Below, piece after piece: positions 8,863 to 18,728 of a DNA stretch of 64,000 bases. This DNA is from an uncultured Actinomycetota bacterium (lineage in GTDB: Bacteria > Actinomycetota > Actinomycetes > Mycobacteriales > Micromonosporaceae), in assembly GCA_963727415.1 (NCBI GenBank), contig CAVSGF010000010.1:354902-418901 (forward strand). The letters are read 5' to 3'. The stretch's first letter is position 1, and each line of letters opens with the position of its first letter. A model generated the notes under the pieces. The model did no database searches and was not told where the DNA came from. It saw only the letters and a list, made by a program, of their open reading frames with translations. Position numbers and translations under genes: made by a program.

Positions 8863-10443
8863 GTGCGAATCCCTCTCGCACGCACGCACCGGTCGCAACA
8901 GCGCGACGGTGCGACGCGTGCCAGCGCCGCCAGCAGTCACATCGTTGCCGCGTCCGGGCGCGTGCGCCGCCGACGGCGGGCGACCGCTGCCGCCGCCATC
9001 GCCGCCCTCGCGGCGGCCCTTGGCGCCTGCGACGGGGCCAGCGCTGACAGCCGCCCGGCCCGCCCCGCCGACGACGTCATCGCCAACCTCTGGGAGTGGC
9101 CGTGGACGTCCGTCGCGAGCGAGTGCACCAGCACGTTGGGACCGGCCGGATATGCAGCGGTCCAGGTGGCGCCGCCGGAAGACTCGCTCGACGTCGACGG
9201 TCACCCATGGTGGGACGTCTACCAGCCGGTGGGGTACGACCTGAACAGCCGGTTCGGCGACCGCGCTCAGTTCGCCGCCATGGTGGACTCGTGCCACCGG
9301 GCCGGAGTGAAGGTCTACGTCGACGCCGTCATCAATCACATGACCGGCAGCGGGCAGACCAGCACCAAAGGCTACGGCGGCGCCACCTACACCGCCGACC
9401 GGCACTATCCGGACGCCGGCTACACGCCCGGCGACTTCCACGCGTACCCGATCGACTGTCCCGCGCCCGATGGCCAGATCAGCGACTGGAACGACGTCAA
9501 GCAGGTACAGAACTGCGAGTTGCTGGGCCTGCTCGACCTGCGTACCGAGTCGGCGCATGTACGCGATCAGATCGCCGGCTACCTCAATGACCTGATCAGC
9601 GTCGGCGTCGACGGTTTCCGGATCGACGCGGCCAAACACATACCGGTCGCCGATCTGAGGGCGATCAAGCAGAAGCTGACCAGGCAGCCGTTCTGGTTTC
9701 AGGAAGTGATGCCCGGCGTACCCCCGATGTCCGACTACGAGGTGCTGGGCAAGGTGCTCGAGTTCAACTACGCACGCAACCTGCGGGGACAGTTCGTCAC
9801 CGGCATCTCCGGTCTGGAGGGCTTCGGAACCGGCGGCGTGTACGAGCCGAGCAACGCCGCCGTCGTCTTCGTGACCAACCACGACACCTCTCGCGATGAC
9901 TCGACACTGGACTACACCGACGGCGCCGACTACACCCTGGCAAACGTCTTCATGCTGGCGTGGAACTACGGCACCCCCACGGTGTTCAGCTCGTTCACCT
10001 ACACCGGCTACGATCAGCCGCCACCGTCGGACGCCCGCGGCTTTGTCCAACCGGTCGTCTGCGGCAGGGCGTGGACCTGCGAGGACCGTACGCTGGCCGG
10101 CATGATCGCGTTCCACAACGCGACCCACGGCGACCCGACGGTCAGCAACTGGTGGTCGGACGGCGCCGACGCCATCGCGTTCAGCCGGGGGCCGGCCGCG
10201 GCGGCGAACGGCTGGGTTGCCATCAACGCCGGTGACGCCCCGGTAGTGCAGCCGTTCCAGACCGGACTTCCGGCCGGTACCTACTGCGACCTCGTCCACA
10301 AGGGCGGCCGTGTCCAGCCAAGCGAGGCGCCGGGCAAGACCTGCGCCGGGCTCGCCGTGACGGTCGCCGACGGCGGCGTCGCCGCGGTGACCGTGCCGGC
10401 GCACGACGCCGTGGCCATCATCGCGGGAGCTGACGGTCGCTAA
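8863..10443 (+). CDS. Alpha-amylase (GH13) with Tat-type lipoprotein signal
   Basis: LWEWPWTSVASEC, the catalytic GFRIDAAKH region and the FVTNHD motif are present. The signal RRRRRATAAAAIAALAAALGAC has a twin-Arg plus lipobox. The in-frame GTG at 8863 was chosen. TTG 8827 and GTG 8953 are alternatives. The ORF-track start at 8278 is rejected because it overlaps the CAP gene. Confidence 0.6.
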   Translation: MRIPLARTHRSQQRDGATRASAASSHIVAASGRVRRRRRATAAAAIAALAAALGACDGASADSRPARPADDVIANLWEWPWTSVASECTSTLGPAGYAAVQVAPPEDSLDVDGHPWWDVYQPVGYDLNSRFGDRAQFAAMVDSCHRAGVKVYVDAVINHMTGSGQTSTKGYGGATYTADRHYPDAGYTPGDFHAYPIDCPAPDGQISDWNDVKQVQNCELLGLLDLRTESAHVRDQIAGYLNDLISVGVDGFRIDAAKHIPVADLRAIKQKLTRQPFWFQEVMPGVPPMSDYEVLGKVLEFNYARNLRGQFVTGISGLEGFGTGGVYEPSNAAVVFVTNHDTSRDDSTLDYTDGADYTLANVFMLAWNYGTPTVFSSFTYTGYDQPPPSDARGFVQPVVCGRAWTCEDRTLAGMIAFHNATHGDPTVSNWWSDGADAIAFSRGPAAAANGWVAINAGDAPVVQPFQTGLPAGTYCDLVHKGGRVQPSEAPGKTCAGLAVTVADGGVAAVTVPAHDAVAIIAGADGR

Positions 10444-10620
10444 GCGCGTTCCCGAGCGCGGCAGCACCTTCCCGGGCTCGGCCACGGTTTCCGCTTTTTC
10501 GACGCCACCGGCCGTCAATGCCCGATTCGTCGAGCGGCGAGCGCAGAAAAGGCGAAAACGCGTCCGGGGCCGTGAAGGTCCGACGTCAAGTTCGGCCCGC
10601 GCCAAACGGCGCCCATGCCG

Positions 10621-11667
10621 TCAGGCCGCTGGAGCCTCGGTCGAGCCGCGGACCACGAGTTCCGGCTGGAACATGAACTCACCGGGTGGTGGATGGCTGC
10701 CGTTGATGGTCTCGATGAGGGCGTTCACGGCAACCGCGGCGAGCGCGGCGACCGGCTGCCGGATCGTGGTCAGTGGCGGATCGGTGAAGGCGATCAGCGG
10801 CGAATCGTCGAAGCCGACGACCGCGATGTCCTGGGGTACCCGCAGGCCCCGATCCCGGGCCGCCCGGACCACACCGAGCGCCATCATGTCGCTTCCGCAG
10901 ATGACTGCCGTGCAACCCTGCGTGATCAGCGCTTCTCCGGCCGCCTGACCACCTTCGAACGAGAAGATGGAGTGCGAGACCGCGCCCTCGACGCCGGACC
11001 CGGCCGCCGCGATGGCGGCCTGGAAACCCTCGATCTTGCGTACCACCGGGAAGAACCGGGCCGGCCCGACGGCCAAGCCTAGCCGGGTGTGGCCGAGCGC
11101 GGTCAGATGGCGCACGGCGAGGCCCATCGCGCTGCGGTCATCGACCGAGAAAAACGGCGCGGGCACCCCCTCCATGAAGCCGTTGATGAGCACGATCGGC
11201 AGGCCGCGCTCGATCAGCCGGAGGTACCGGTCTGCCTTCGTGGTGGTGTCGGCGTGCAGACCCGACACGAAGATGATGCCGTCGACGCCGCGCTCGACGA
11301 GCATCGACGTGAACTCGTCCTCGATGGCGCCGCCGGGCATCTGGGTACACAGCACCGGGGTGTACCCGTGCAGCGCCAGCAGCCGCTCGATCACCTGCGC
11401 ATACGCCGGAAAGATGGGGTTGTCCAGCTCGGGCGTGATCAGGCCGATCAGCCCGGCGCTGCGCTGCCGGGTCCGTACCGGGCGCTCGACACCGATGATG
11501 TCGAGCGCGGCGAGCACTGCCTGGCGAGTGGGCCCGGACACGCCCGGCTTGCCGTTGAGGACCCGGCTGACCGTGGCCTCGCTCACCCCGGCCTGGACCG
11601 CGATGTCGGCCAGCCGGACCGCGGAGCCCGCAGCCCGCCCGTTACCGTCGTCTCGCTGCAGAGTCAT
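10621..11667 (-). CDS. LacI-family regulator, MalR paralogue 1
   Basis: It has the N-terminal HTH VRLADIAVQAGVSEATVSRVLNG and a periplasmic-binding-fold core. It is about 70% identical to the second LacI gene at 17641. Confidence 0.7.
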   Translation of the reverse strand: MTLQRDDGNGRAAGSAVRLADIAVQAGVSEATVSRVLNGKPGVSGPTRQAVLAALDIIGVERPVRTRQRSAGLIGLITPELDNPIFPAYAQVIERLLALHGYTPVLCTQMPGGAIEDEFTSMLVERGVDGIIFVSGLHADTTTKADRYLRLIERGLPIVLINGFMEGVPAPFFSVDDRSAMGLAVRHLTALGHTRLGLAVGPARFFPVVRKIEGFQAAIAAAGSGVEGAVSHSIFSFEGGQAAGEALITQGCTAVICGSDMMALGVVRAARDRGLRVPQDIAVVGFDDSPLIAFTDPPLTTIRQPVAALAAVAVNALIETINGSHPPPGEFMFQPELVVRGSTEAPAA

Positions 11668-11797
11668 CGCGTGCCGAACCTGTCCGCCGCCGTACGTCGT
11701 TGAGCCACCCAGGTGCTCGCCGCACGTCTGATAACGGCGAGTGACCGCCAGCTTAGCGGTGCGAGCGCACCGGTCAATGTATCTGGAATCGCTCCCA

Positions 11798-13576
11798 TCA
11801 TCGCGACACTGCCCACACCTGCACCGATGGCCCGTCATCGGATGCCGTACCCAGCCCATCGGACACGGCAAGACCGGCCCCGCCGTACACATTGTCTGCC
11901 GTGACGTCCGCCCCCAGATCCACCGTTACGGGAGCGCTGCCACCGCGGCGAGCGACCACCAGCAGGCGCTCGTCGGCGGTCTCCCGCCAAAACGCGATGG
12001 CGTCCTTGCCGGCGTAGGCGAATCGCAGGCCGCCATGGCGCAGCGCGGGGTGCCCGGCTCGCAGGCCGAGCAGCGAGCGATACCGGTCGTAGGTCTGGTT
12101 GTCCCTGGTCTCCGGCCGGTCCCAGGGCATGGGGCGACGCGAGTCCTCACCGTTGTCGCCGATCATGCCCCACTCGTCGCCGGAGAAGATCATCGGCGTA
12201 CCGGGCATGGTGGCCAGCAGCCCGGCACCCACTCCGACCAGGTCCGTGTCACCGACGACGGTCCGGATCCGGGCGGTGTCGTGGGAGCCGAGCAAGTTCC
12301 ACGATGCCCGGTACGCCGACCACGAGGTACGGGACGCGAACGCACGCATGGTCGCCACCGTGGTCATGCCGTCGCGCCGCGGCACCGGAACCGGTACTCC
12401 GAGGAAGTCGGGCAGCGCCGCGCCGCCGCCGAGCCAACTCCAGACCGGCCTCAGAAAGCCGCCGTAGTTCATGGTGCCGTGCCAGCCGTTGCGGTCCAGG
12501 TCACCGGTCGAATCGTGGGCGTGCTCGGCGACCAGCAGGCCATCCTTGCGCGCCGCACGGACGGCGGCCGCCATCAGCCGGGCCACCTCGTGCGTGTCGT
12601 CTTGATCCCGGAGCCGGCCGGTCATGTTGGCCACGTCGACCCGCCATCCGTCGAAATACCGCAGCCAGCGCGCGGTCAACGAATGCGGCCCGTCGAAAAA
12701 CCGATGGCGCAGTTCCTCCGATCCCCAGTCGAGCTTGGGCAGGCTGGACACGCCCCACCAGGACTCATACGAGTCGTCCGGGCCGATGTAGTACAAGTCC
12801 TTGCGGTCCGGCCCGGTGAACCAGGGATGCGCGTCGCCGGTGTGGTTGGTGGTGATGTCGCCGAGCAGCCGCAGGCCACGCTCGCGTGCCGCGGCGGCCA
12901 ACCGGGCGAGCGCCGCCGTGCCGCCGAGGAGCGAGTCCACCTCGTCGAAGCTCGACGCGTCATACCGGTGATTGGAGCGCGCCGGGAAGATCGGCGTCAG
13001 GTAGATGGTGTTGGCGCCGAGCCGCTGGATGTGATCCAGCCGGGCGGTTATGCCGTCAAGGTCGCCGCCGTAGAACTGGCGGGGCGTCTGGGGACCCCGG
13101 CCGACCACCGGAGTATCCCAGTCGCATGGGATCGCCCAGTCCGGAGCCGCTCGCCCGTCGGCGAACTGCGAGCGGGCGAAGCGGTCCGGAAAGATCTCGT
13201 AGATGATCGCGTCAGCCGCCCAGTCCGGTGGCGCCGGGTAGCTGACCAGCCGGAAGTCGGTATCATCCGGCACATCGTGGGTGACCTCGCCATAACCGGT
13301 CAGCCATCGGTACCCACCGGGGCCGGCCAGCAGGAACCGGTAGTTCGTTACCGGGTTATGTACCACCAGGTGGGCGCGCCACCAGCCGACGCCGTTGTGG
13401 ACGCGATCCAGTACCGCCTCGTCAAACCGTGGCTCCCCGTCCGGCGTGGAACGCACGTACACGTGGTCCACGCCGGATCCGACCGGACCGCGTACGAATA
13501 CCGGTACCGTCTCGCCCAGCGCCGGAGCTTGCACCGGCACGTACAGCGCAGAACCATCGTGATGAAACATGCTCAT
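11798..13576 (-). CDS. Cytoplasmic GH13 alpha-glucosidase/amylase-family hydrolase (aglA-like), last gene of the mal operon
   Basis: GH13 motifs are present: DAIIYEIFPDRF, GWRVDVANM, GDEWG and LLGSHD. Its start overlaps the malG stop. Confidence 0.65.
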   Translation of the reverse strand: MSMFHHDGSALYVPVQAPALGETVPVFVRGPVGSGVDHVYVRSTPDGEPRFDEAVLDRVHNGVGWWRAHLVVHNPVTNYRFLLAGPGGYRWLTGYGEVTHDVPDDTDFRLVSYPAPPDWAADAIIYEIFPDRFARSQFADGRAAPDWAIPCDWDTPVVGRGPQTPRQFYGGDLDGITARLDHIQRLGANTIYLTPIFPARSNHRYDASSFDEVDSLLGGTAALARLAAAARERGLRLLGDITTNHTGDAHPWFTGPDRKDLYYIGPDDSYESWWGVSSLPKLDWGSEELRHRFFDGPHSLTARWLRYFDGWRVDVANMTGRLRDQDDTHEVARLMAAAVRAARKDGLLVAEHAHDSTGDLDRNGWHGTMNYGGFLRPVWSWLGGGAALPDFLGVPVPVPRRDGMTTVATMRAFASRTSWSAYRASWNLLGSHDTARIRTVVGDTDLVGVGAGLLATMPGTPMIFSGDEWGMIGDNGEDSRRPMPWDRPETRDNQTYDRYRSLLGLRAGHPALRHGGLRFAYAGKDAIAFWRETADERLLVVARRGGSAPVTVDLGADVTADNVYGGAGLAVSDGLGTASDDGPSVQVWAVSR

Positions 13577-14460
13577 CCTTTGACCGATCCTGCCGTCAGA
13601 CCGGAAACGATGTAGCGCTGCAGGAAGTAGAACAGCACCACGGTCGGCACCGCGGTGATCAGCGAGCCCGCGGCGAACATCCCGAAGTTGGCGTTGCGCT
13701 GGCCCTGCAGCAGGCCGAACAGCCCGACCGCCAGCGTTTTGGTGTCCGGGCTGGTCAGGAAGATGCTCGCGAACAGCACCTCGTTGATGGTGCCGATGAA
13801 GCCGAGCAGCGTGGTCACCGCGAGGATCGGGGCCACCAGCGGGAGCATGATGCGGAAGAACGTCTGCACGTGGCTGGCGCCGTCCATCACCGCCGACTCA
13901 TCGATCTCCTTCGGGATGCTGTCCAGGAACCCCTTCATCAGCCACGTGCCCACGCCCAGCGCCGGACCCATGTAAAGGATCAGCAAGCCGAGTTGGGTGT
14001 TCAGGCCGAAGGCCGGGTAGTAGTCGCCGATCGACCCGAACATCGAGTAAATCGCCACCATGGCCAGGAACTGGGGAAACATCTGGATCAGCAGAAGCGA
14101 GATCAAGCCGACTCGACGGCCGCGGAACCGCATCCGGGAAAAGGCGTAGGCCGCCAGCAGCGACATGAACACCCCGCCGGCCGACGACAGGCTCGCGATG
14201 ACGACGGAGTTGACGAACCAGTGCGCGAAGGCGGTCTTGTGGAACAGATCCGTGAAGTTCCCGAAACCGGCGCCCTCGGGGATGACGTTCGTCGACGACA
14301 GCGTGCCAACCGGGTTCAGCGCCGCGGAGACCACGAAGACGATCGGGAACAGCGAGAACACGATCGCGCCCAACGCGACCAGGTGCCGCCAGCCGATTTG
14401 CCGAACCCACCGGCCGGCCCGCGTTGACCGGGGCGGGGCGCCGGCGTGCGTGGCGGTCAC
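13573..14460 (-). CDS. malG: Maltose/maltodextrin ABC transporter permease MalG
   Basis: GTG start at 14460 overlaps the malF stop (GTGA) and is preceded by GAGGAGG. There are 6 TM helices and the EAA-like loop MDGASHVQTFFRIMLP. Confidence 0.65.
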   Translation of the reverse strand: MTATHAGAPPRSTRAGRWVRQIGWRHLVALGAIVFSLFPIVFVVSAALNPVGTLSSTNVIPEGAGFGNFTDLFHKTAFAHWFVNSVVIASLSSAGGVFMSLLAAYAFSRMRFRGRRVGLISLLLIQMFPQFLAMVAIYSMFGSIGDYYPAFGLNTQLGLLILYMGPALGVGTWLMKGFLDSIPKEIDESAVMDGASHVQTFFRIMLPLVAPILAVTTLLGFIGTINEVLFASIFLTSPDTKTLAVGLFGLLQGQRNANFGMFAAGSLITAVPTVVLFYFLQRYIVSGLTAGSVKG

Positions 14461-16082
14461 GAGAACACCTCCTCTTGCGAACGGGTACGGCGGAAGCTCA
14501 CCGCCGCGATGATCGTGACGATCGCGAAGATGTAAATGGACACCGCCGCGGCCAGGCCGAACTGGGCGCCGGATCCGCCGAAGGCGAGCCGGTAGGTGTA
14601 GGTCACCAGCAGGTCGGTGGCGCCGGTGGTCGAGTCGGTGGCCGGGAACGGACCGCCATCGGTAGTCAGCCGGATGGCGTTGAAGTTGTTGAAGTTGTAG
14701 GCGAACGAGGAGATCAGGAGCGGTGACAGCGCCACCAGAAGCAGCGGCAAGGTGACCCGGCGGAACCGCGACCACGGAGTCGCCCCGTCGATCGCCGCCG
14801 CCTCGCCGAGATCCCGTGGGATCGCCTGCAACGCGCCGGTGGACACCAGGAACATGTACGGATACCCGAGCCACAACTGGATCAGGATGACCGCCAGCCG
14901 TGCCGTCCACGGGTTGCCGAGCCAGTCGACATTCATCCCGAACAGCTTGTTGATCAAGCCGAAGTCCTGGTTGAACATGTCGCTCCAGACCAACAGCATG
15001 GCGAACGACGGCATGGCGTACGGCAGGACCAGCAGGACGCGATAGAACCGCAGGCCGCGGATTCGATCCGAGTGCAGCGCCAGCGCGATCGCCACACCCA
15101 GCGCGAACGTGACGAACACCGACAGGAACGCGAAGGCGAGGTTCCAGACCAGGGTGGTGAGGAAGTGGCCGGAGATCCGCGAGTCGGTGACCACGTCAGC
15201 CAGGTTGCGCAATCCGACATTGACCTTCCAGCCCTGCGGAAGGCGTTCGCCGTCGGCGGAGACGAACAGGCCGGCCTTGTTGTCGGCCGTCCACACCTTG
15301 CCGGTGTCGGAGTTCGTGACGCAGTCGCAGGCCGAGTCGTAGTGCGAGACCGCCTTGCCATCGTACGCCCGGGACAGGCCGTTGGCTCGGATGGCCCCGT
15401 CGCTGGTCGGGACGATCAGGTTCTCGATGTCATCCGGCCGGAGGCTGCTCTGGCTGAAGGTGAGAACCGTGTAGCCGCTGGCCGCCGTGATTTTCGATCC
15501 GGTGATGGTGACGCTGCCGGAGTCAATCTTGTGAAGGCCGGAACTGTCGCCGACGTACGCGGTACCGGCCGGGTCCAAGAGAAGGAAGACCAGTTTCCCG
15601 GTGGCCGGGTCCCCCTTGGTCGCGACCGACATCGAGTACTCGGTAGAACCGGGCACCTGCTTGACCGAGGACGACTGGATCGCCGCGATGGCGTCGGCCT
15701 TGGAGCCTCGGTGGGCGTCCCCGTAGTTGGTGAACGCGGTGGTCACCGTCAGCAGTACCGGAAGGATCTGCAAGCCGACCAGGAAGAGCAGGCCGGGAAC
15801 GAAGTATTTGAGTGCGATGCGGCGCGGTGACAGGTAGGCGTAGAAGATCAGCGCGGTCGTCACGGCTAGGACCGCGAGCCAGCCCCACTGGCGTCCGGAG
15901 ACCAGGGGCGGGGCCGCGAGGACGGCCAGCGCGGCCACGATTCCGAGCAGCACCAGCTTGACCACCAGGCCCGTGGTGGAGGTGCCGGCGGCCGTGGCCC
16001 GGTTGACCGGGCCAGGACGAACGCCGCGCGGGCGCGGAGGGGTGGTTCGCCCCTCCGCGCCCGCGAGCTTCTGCGTTGACAT
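14457..16082 (-). CDS. malF: Maltose/maltodextrin ABC transporter permease MalF (large periplasmic loop)
   Basis: 541 aa, with MalF-type architecture and the EAA motif AAAIDGATPWSRFRRVTLPLL. Confidence 0.7.
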   Translation of the reverse strand: MSTQKLAGAEGRTTPPRPRGVRPGPVNRATAAGTSTTGLVVKLVLLGIVAALAVLAAPPLVSGRQWGWLAVLAVTTALIFYAYLSPRRIALKYFVPGLLFLVGLQILPVLLTVTTAFTNYGDAHRGSKADAIAAIQSSSVKQVPGSTEYSMSVATKGDPATGKLVFLLLDPAGTAYVGDSSGLHKIDSGSVTITGSKITAASGYTVLTFSQSSLRPDDIENLIVPTSDGAIRANGLSRAYDGKAVSHYDSACDCVTNSDTGKVWTADNKAGLFVSADGERLPQGWKVNVGLRNLADVVTDSRISGHFLTTLVWNLAFAFLSVFVTFALGVAIALALHSDRIRGLRFYRVLLVLPYAMPSFAMLLVWSDMFNQDFGLINKLFGMNVDWLGNPWTARLAVILIQLWLGYPYMFLVSTGALQAIPRDLGEAAAIDGATPWSRFRRVTLPLLLVALSPLLISSFAYNFNNFNAIRLTTDGGPFPATDSTTGATDLLVTYTYRLAFGGSGAQFGLAAAVSIYIFAIVTIIAAVSFRRTRSQEEVFS

Positions 16083-16086
16083 CCGC

Positions 16087-17337
16087 TTACTTGGCGATCG
16101 CCGCGGTGATCGCCTGCTGTGCCGCGTCGAGGGTCGACTTGACGTCGGCGCCTCCGATGATCGCGGCCTCAGCCTTGCCGAACGGGCCCCAGATGGCGGC
16201 CATCGCCGGGATGTTCGGCATCGGGGTGCCGGTCTTGCCCGCCTCGAACCACTTCTGGATGTCCGGGTCGGTGCTCTCCACCTGGGTCAGCGCCGCGGTC
16301 AGCGCCGGCGGACGCGGGTTGGCCTGATAGAGCGCCGCCTGCAGTTCCGGAGTGCTTACGTAGTTGGTCGCGAACTCGTTGGCCAGGGCCTTGTTCTTGC
16401 CCTTGCTGGCGACGAAGAACGCCTGAACGCCGACGAACGGCGAAGCCGGCTTGCCCCCGGTGAACGACGGGACCGGCGTGATGTCGTAGTGGATACCGGC
16501 CTTCTTGATGTCGGCGATCGCCCACGGGCCGGAGATCAGGAACGCGGTCTTGCCACTGGTGAAAGTCGGGATGGCGTTGTCCGGGGTGATCGACCGGGTC
16601 AGCGCGCCACTGCCCTTCTCACCGAGCGCGCGGATCTTGGTGAAGGCGGCCACCGAGCCGGCACTGTTGACACCCACGTCGGTCGGGTCCCACGCACCGT
16701 TGGACTTCTGGCCGAACAGGTAACCACCGCCGGAGCTGAACAGCGGGTAGATGTGGTACGCGTCGCCGGTCTGGCCGACCTGCAACGCCATGATGTTGGT
16801 GACCTTCTTGGCCTTCTTGAGCGCTTGACCCTGGCTTACCAGGTCCTCCATCGAGGACGGGGCCTTCGGCGCCAGGTCGGTGTTACGGATCAGCGCGATG
16901 TTCTCGATCGCATACGGAACGCCGTAGGTCTGGCCGTTGAACGACACCGCCTGCAGCGCCACGTCCGCGTACTGACTCTTCTGGCTGTCGGTGAGCTGAA
17001 CGGGGTCGATGGCGCCGTTCTGGACCAGGTTGCCGATCCAGTCGTGCGCGCCGACCACGATGTCCGGGCCCTTGCCGGACTGGCTCGCTGTGACGAAGTT
17101 GGTTTGCAGGTCCTTCGAGATCGCCTGCACCTGGACGGTGACACCGTTCTCCTGGCCGAACTTCTGCGCGAACGGCTTCAGCGCCGCCGCTCGCTGGTCA
17201 TCGGCCCAGATCACCAGGGTGCCGCCGGCCTTGGCCGGCGCGGACGATGAGGACTTGGCGGCTCCGTTGCTGCCACACGCGGCGGCCAGCATGGCCAGCG
17301 CAGCGGTGACAACCACACCCGCGGTACGGATGCGCAT
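16087..17337 (-). CDS. malE: Maltose/maltodextrin-binding lipoprotein MalE
   Basis: Signal plus lipobox LAAACG. The solute-binding fold is similar to MalE. Confidence 0.7.
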   Translation of the reverse strand: MRIRTAGVVVTAALAMLAAACGSNGAAKSSSSAPAKAGGTLVIWADDQRAAALKPFAQKFGQENGVTVQVQAISKDLQTNFVTASQSGKGPDIVVGAHDWIGNLVQNGAIDPVQLTDSQKSQYADVALQAVSFNGQTYGVPYAIENIALIRNTDLAPKAPSSMEDLVSQGQALKKAKKVTNIMALQVGQTGDAYHIYPLFSSGGGYLFGQKSNGAWDPTDVGVNSAGSVAAFTKIRALGEKGSGALTRSITPDNAIPTFTSGKTAFLISGPWAIADIKKAGIHYDITPVPSFTGGKPASPFVGVQAFFVASKGKNKALANEFATNYVSTPELQAALYQANPRPPALTAALTQVESTDPDIQKWFEAGKTGTPMPNIPAMAAIWGPFGKAEAAIIGGADVKSTLDAAQQAITAAIAK

Positions 17338-17410
17338 CGGGTACTCCTAATCAACGGGGGGATGTTCTCGGGGGAGCGCTTCATGTAGTTCAACAGCCGG
17401 TGCACGTGGC

Positions 17411-17467
17411 CGTTGCAGCCCTTGCAAGGTCTGGTTGCAAGGGTGGTCGCAGGACGTTGTTGCACGG
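17411..17467. promoter_or_regulatory. Cluster of CTTGCAG-type MalR operator-like motifs in the malE-malR divergent intergenic region (GTTGCAG, CCTTGCAAGG palindrome, GTTGCAAGGG, GTTGCACGG)
   Basis: Seen directly. Streptomyces MalR is known to bind CTTGCAG repeats. Confidence 0.45.
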
Positions 17468-17612
17468 TCTGTTGGGGCGGCCGTCCATGAACAGTCGTCA
17501 CTGTCCGGGCGACTGGCGCCGAGCGGAAATCCGCTCGCAGCCACGTAATTTGGTTCGTGTGTCGGGATGTTAGCAACGCATGTCGGGGTTGGAAAGGGTC
17601 TCTAGAAACCTT

Positions 17613-17628
17613 TCGCAAGACTTGCAAC
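17613..17628. promoter_or_regulatory. CGCAAGACTTGCAACG operator-like element immediately upstream of malR
   Basis: A TTGCAA/CTTGCG pair in inverted orientation, 13 nt before the malR ATG. Confidence 0.35.
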
Positions 17629-17640
17629 GGAGCATCCAAC

Positions 17641-18672
17641 ATGGTCTACAGTGCCGTCATGCCCCCGGAGACCACACGTGCTCGCCTCGCGGACGTGGCC
17701 CGCCAAGCCGGGGTGAGCGAGGCGACCGTCTCCCGGGTTCTCAACGACCGGCCGGGAGTCAGCCCGGACACCCGGCAGAGCGTCCTGAGCGCGCTGGACG
17801 TGCTCGGACATGAGCGTCCCGAACGCCGCCGGACGCGTGCGGGTGGTCTCATCGGCCTGGTCACCCCCGAACTGGACAACCCGATCTTCCCGCTGTTCGC
17901 CCAGGTGGTCGGCGCGTCGCTGGCCCAGCACGGTTACACCCCGGTGCTGTGTACCCAAACGCCGGGTGGAGTCACCGAAGACGAATTCGTCGAACTGCTG
18001 CTCGAACGCGCCGTCTCGGGCATCATCTTCGTCTCCGGCCTGCACGCGGACACCACGATCGCGGCCGAGCGGTACCGCCGGCTCGTCAACCGCAAGCTGC
18101 CCATCGCGCTTATCAACGGGTACAAACCAGGAATCGCGGCGCCGTTCTTCTCGTGCGACGACAGGCTCGCCGGGCAGATGGCCGTCTCGCATCTGGTCTC
18201 ACTCGGCCACGAGCGGATCGGCCTGATCTCCGGGCCCCAGCGATTCATCCCGGTGCAACGGAAGATCGCCGGCTATCGGAGCGCCATGGAGCAGTACCGT
18301 TTGAAGCCGGAGATCCAGCTGTCGCTGTTCGGCGTCGAGGGCGGCCACGCCGCCGCCGATCAGCTCCTGGACCGGGACGTCACCGCCATCATCTGCGGCT
18401 CGGACTTGATGGCACTCGGTGCGATCCGGGCAATCCGGGCGCGCGGTCTGTCCGTTCCGGACGACGTCTCGGTGCTCGGTTACGACGACTCCGCACTCAT
18501 CCCGTTCACCGATCCGCCCCTGTCGACACTGCGCCAGCCGGTGCTGGCAATGTCAAAGGCGGCGGTACGCGCGATGACCGATGCGATCGACGGTCAGCCG
18601 GCTCCACATTCGGAGTATGTGTTCCGTCCGGAACTGGTGGTCCGCGGATCGACCGGCGTTGCTCGCCGCTGA
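17641..18672 (+). CDS. malR: LacI-family maltose repressor MalR, divergent from malE
   Basis: HTH ARLADVARQAGVSEATVSRVLND. It is divergently transcribed from malE, across an intergenic region carrying CTTGCAG-type repeats. Confidence 0.7.
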   Translation: MVYSAVMPPETTRARLADVARQAGVSEATVSRVLNDRPGVSPDTRQSVLSALDVLGHERPERRRTRAGGLIGLVTPELDNPIFPLFAQVVGASLAQHGYTPVLCTQTPGGVTEDEFVELLLERAVSGIIFVSGLHADTTIAAERYRRLVNRKLPIALINGYKPGIAAPFFSCDDRLAGQMAVSHLVSLGHERIGLISGPQRFIPVQRKIAGYRSAMEQYRLKPEIQLSLFGVEGGHAAADQLLDRDVTAIICGSDLMALGAIRAIRARGLSVPDDVSVLGYDDSALIPFTDPPLSTLRQPVLAMSKAAVRAMTDAIDGQPAPHSEYVFRPELVVRGSTGVARR

Positions 18673-18728
18673 CCGTCACCAGACCGCTCGACGGCCGCGA
18701 TATCGGCTCCAAGCTTGAAAGGACTGCG

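Noticed and set aside
8665-10605. 646-aa ORF antisense to the alpha-amylase gene. Other long antisense or overlapping ORFs are similar (27738..30827 +, 31250..33799 +, 21568..22623 +, 7203..8432 +, 11741..13615 +, 13429..14427 +, 15958..17250 +, 19074..20285 -, 49230..51070 +, 55808..57100 + as a whole).
   Set aside because: These are typical high-GC artefacts. They have Arg/Ala/Gly/Pro-rich low-complexity translations and no motifs. Each lies opposite a gene with clear family signatures.
10444-10620. Bidirectional terminator between amylase and LacI gene
   Set aside because: Only weak stems (CCGAGC...GCTCGG, GTTTCCGC...GCGAAAAC) without a U-tract. Not confident.
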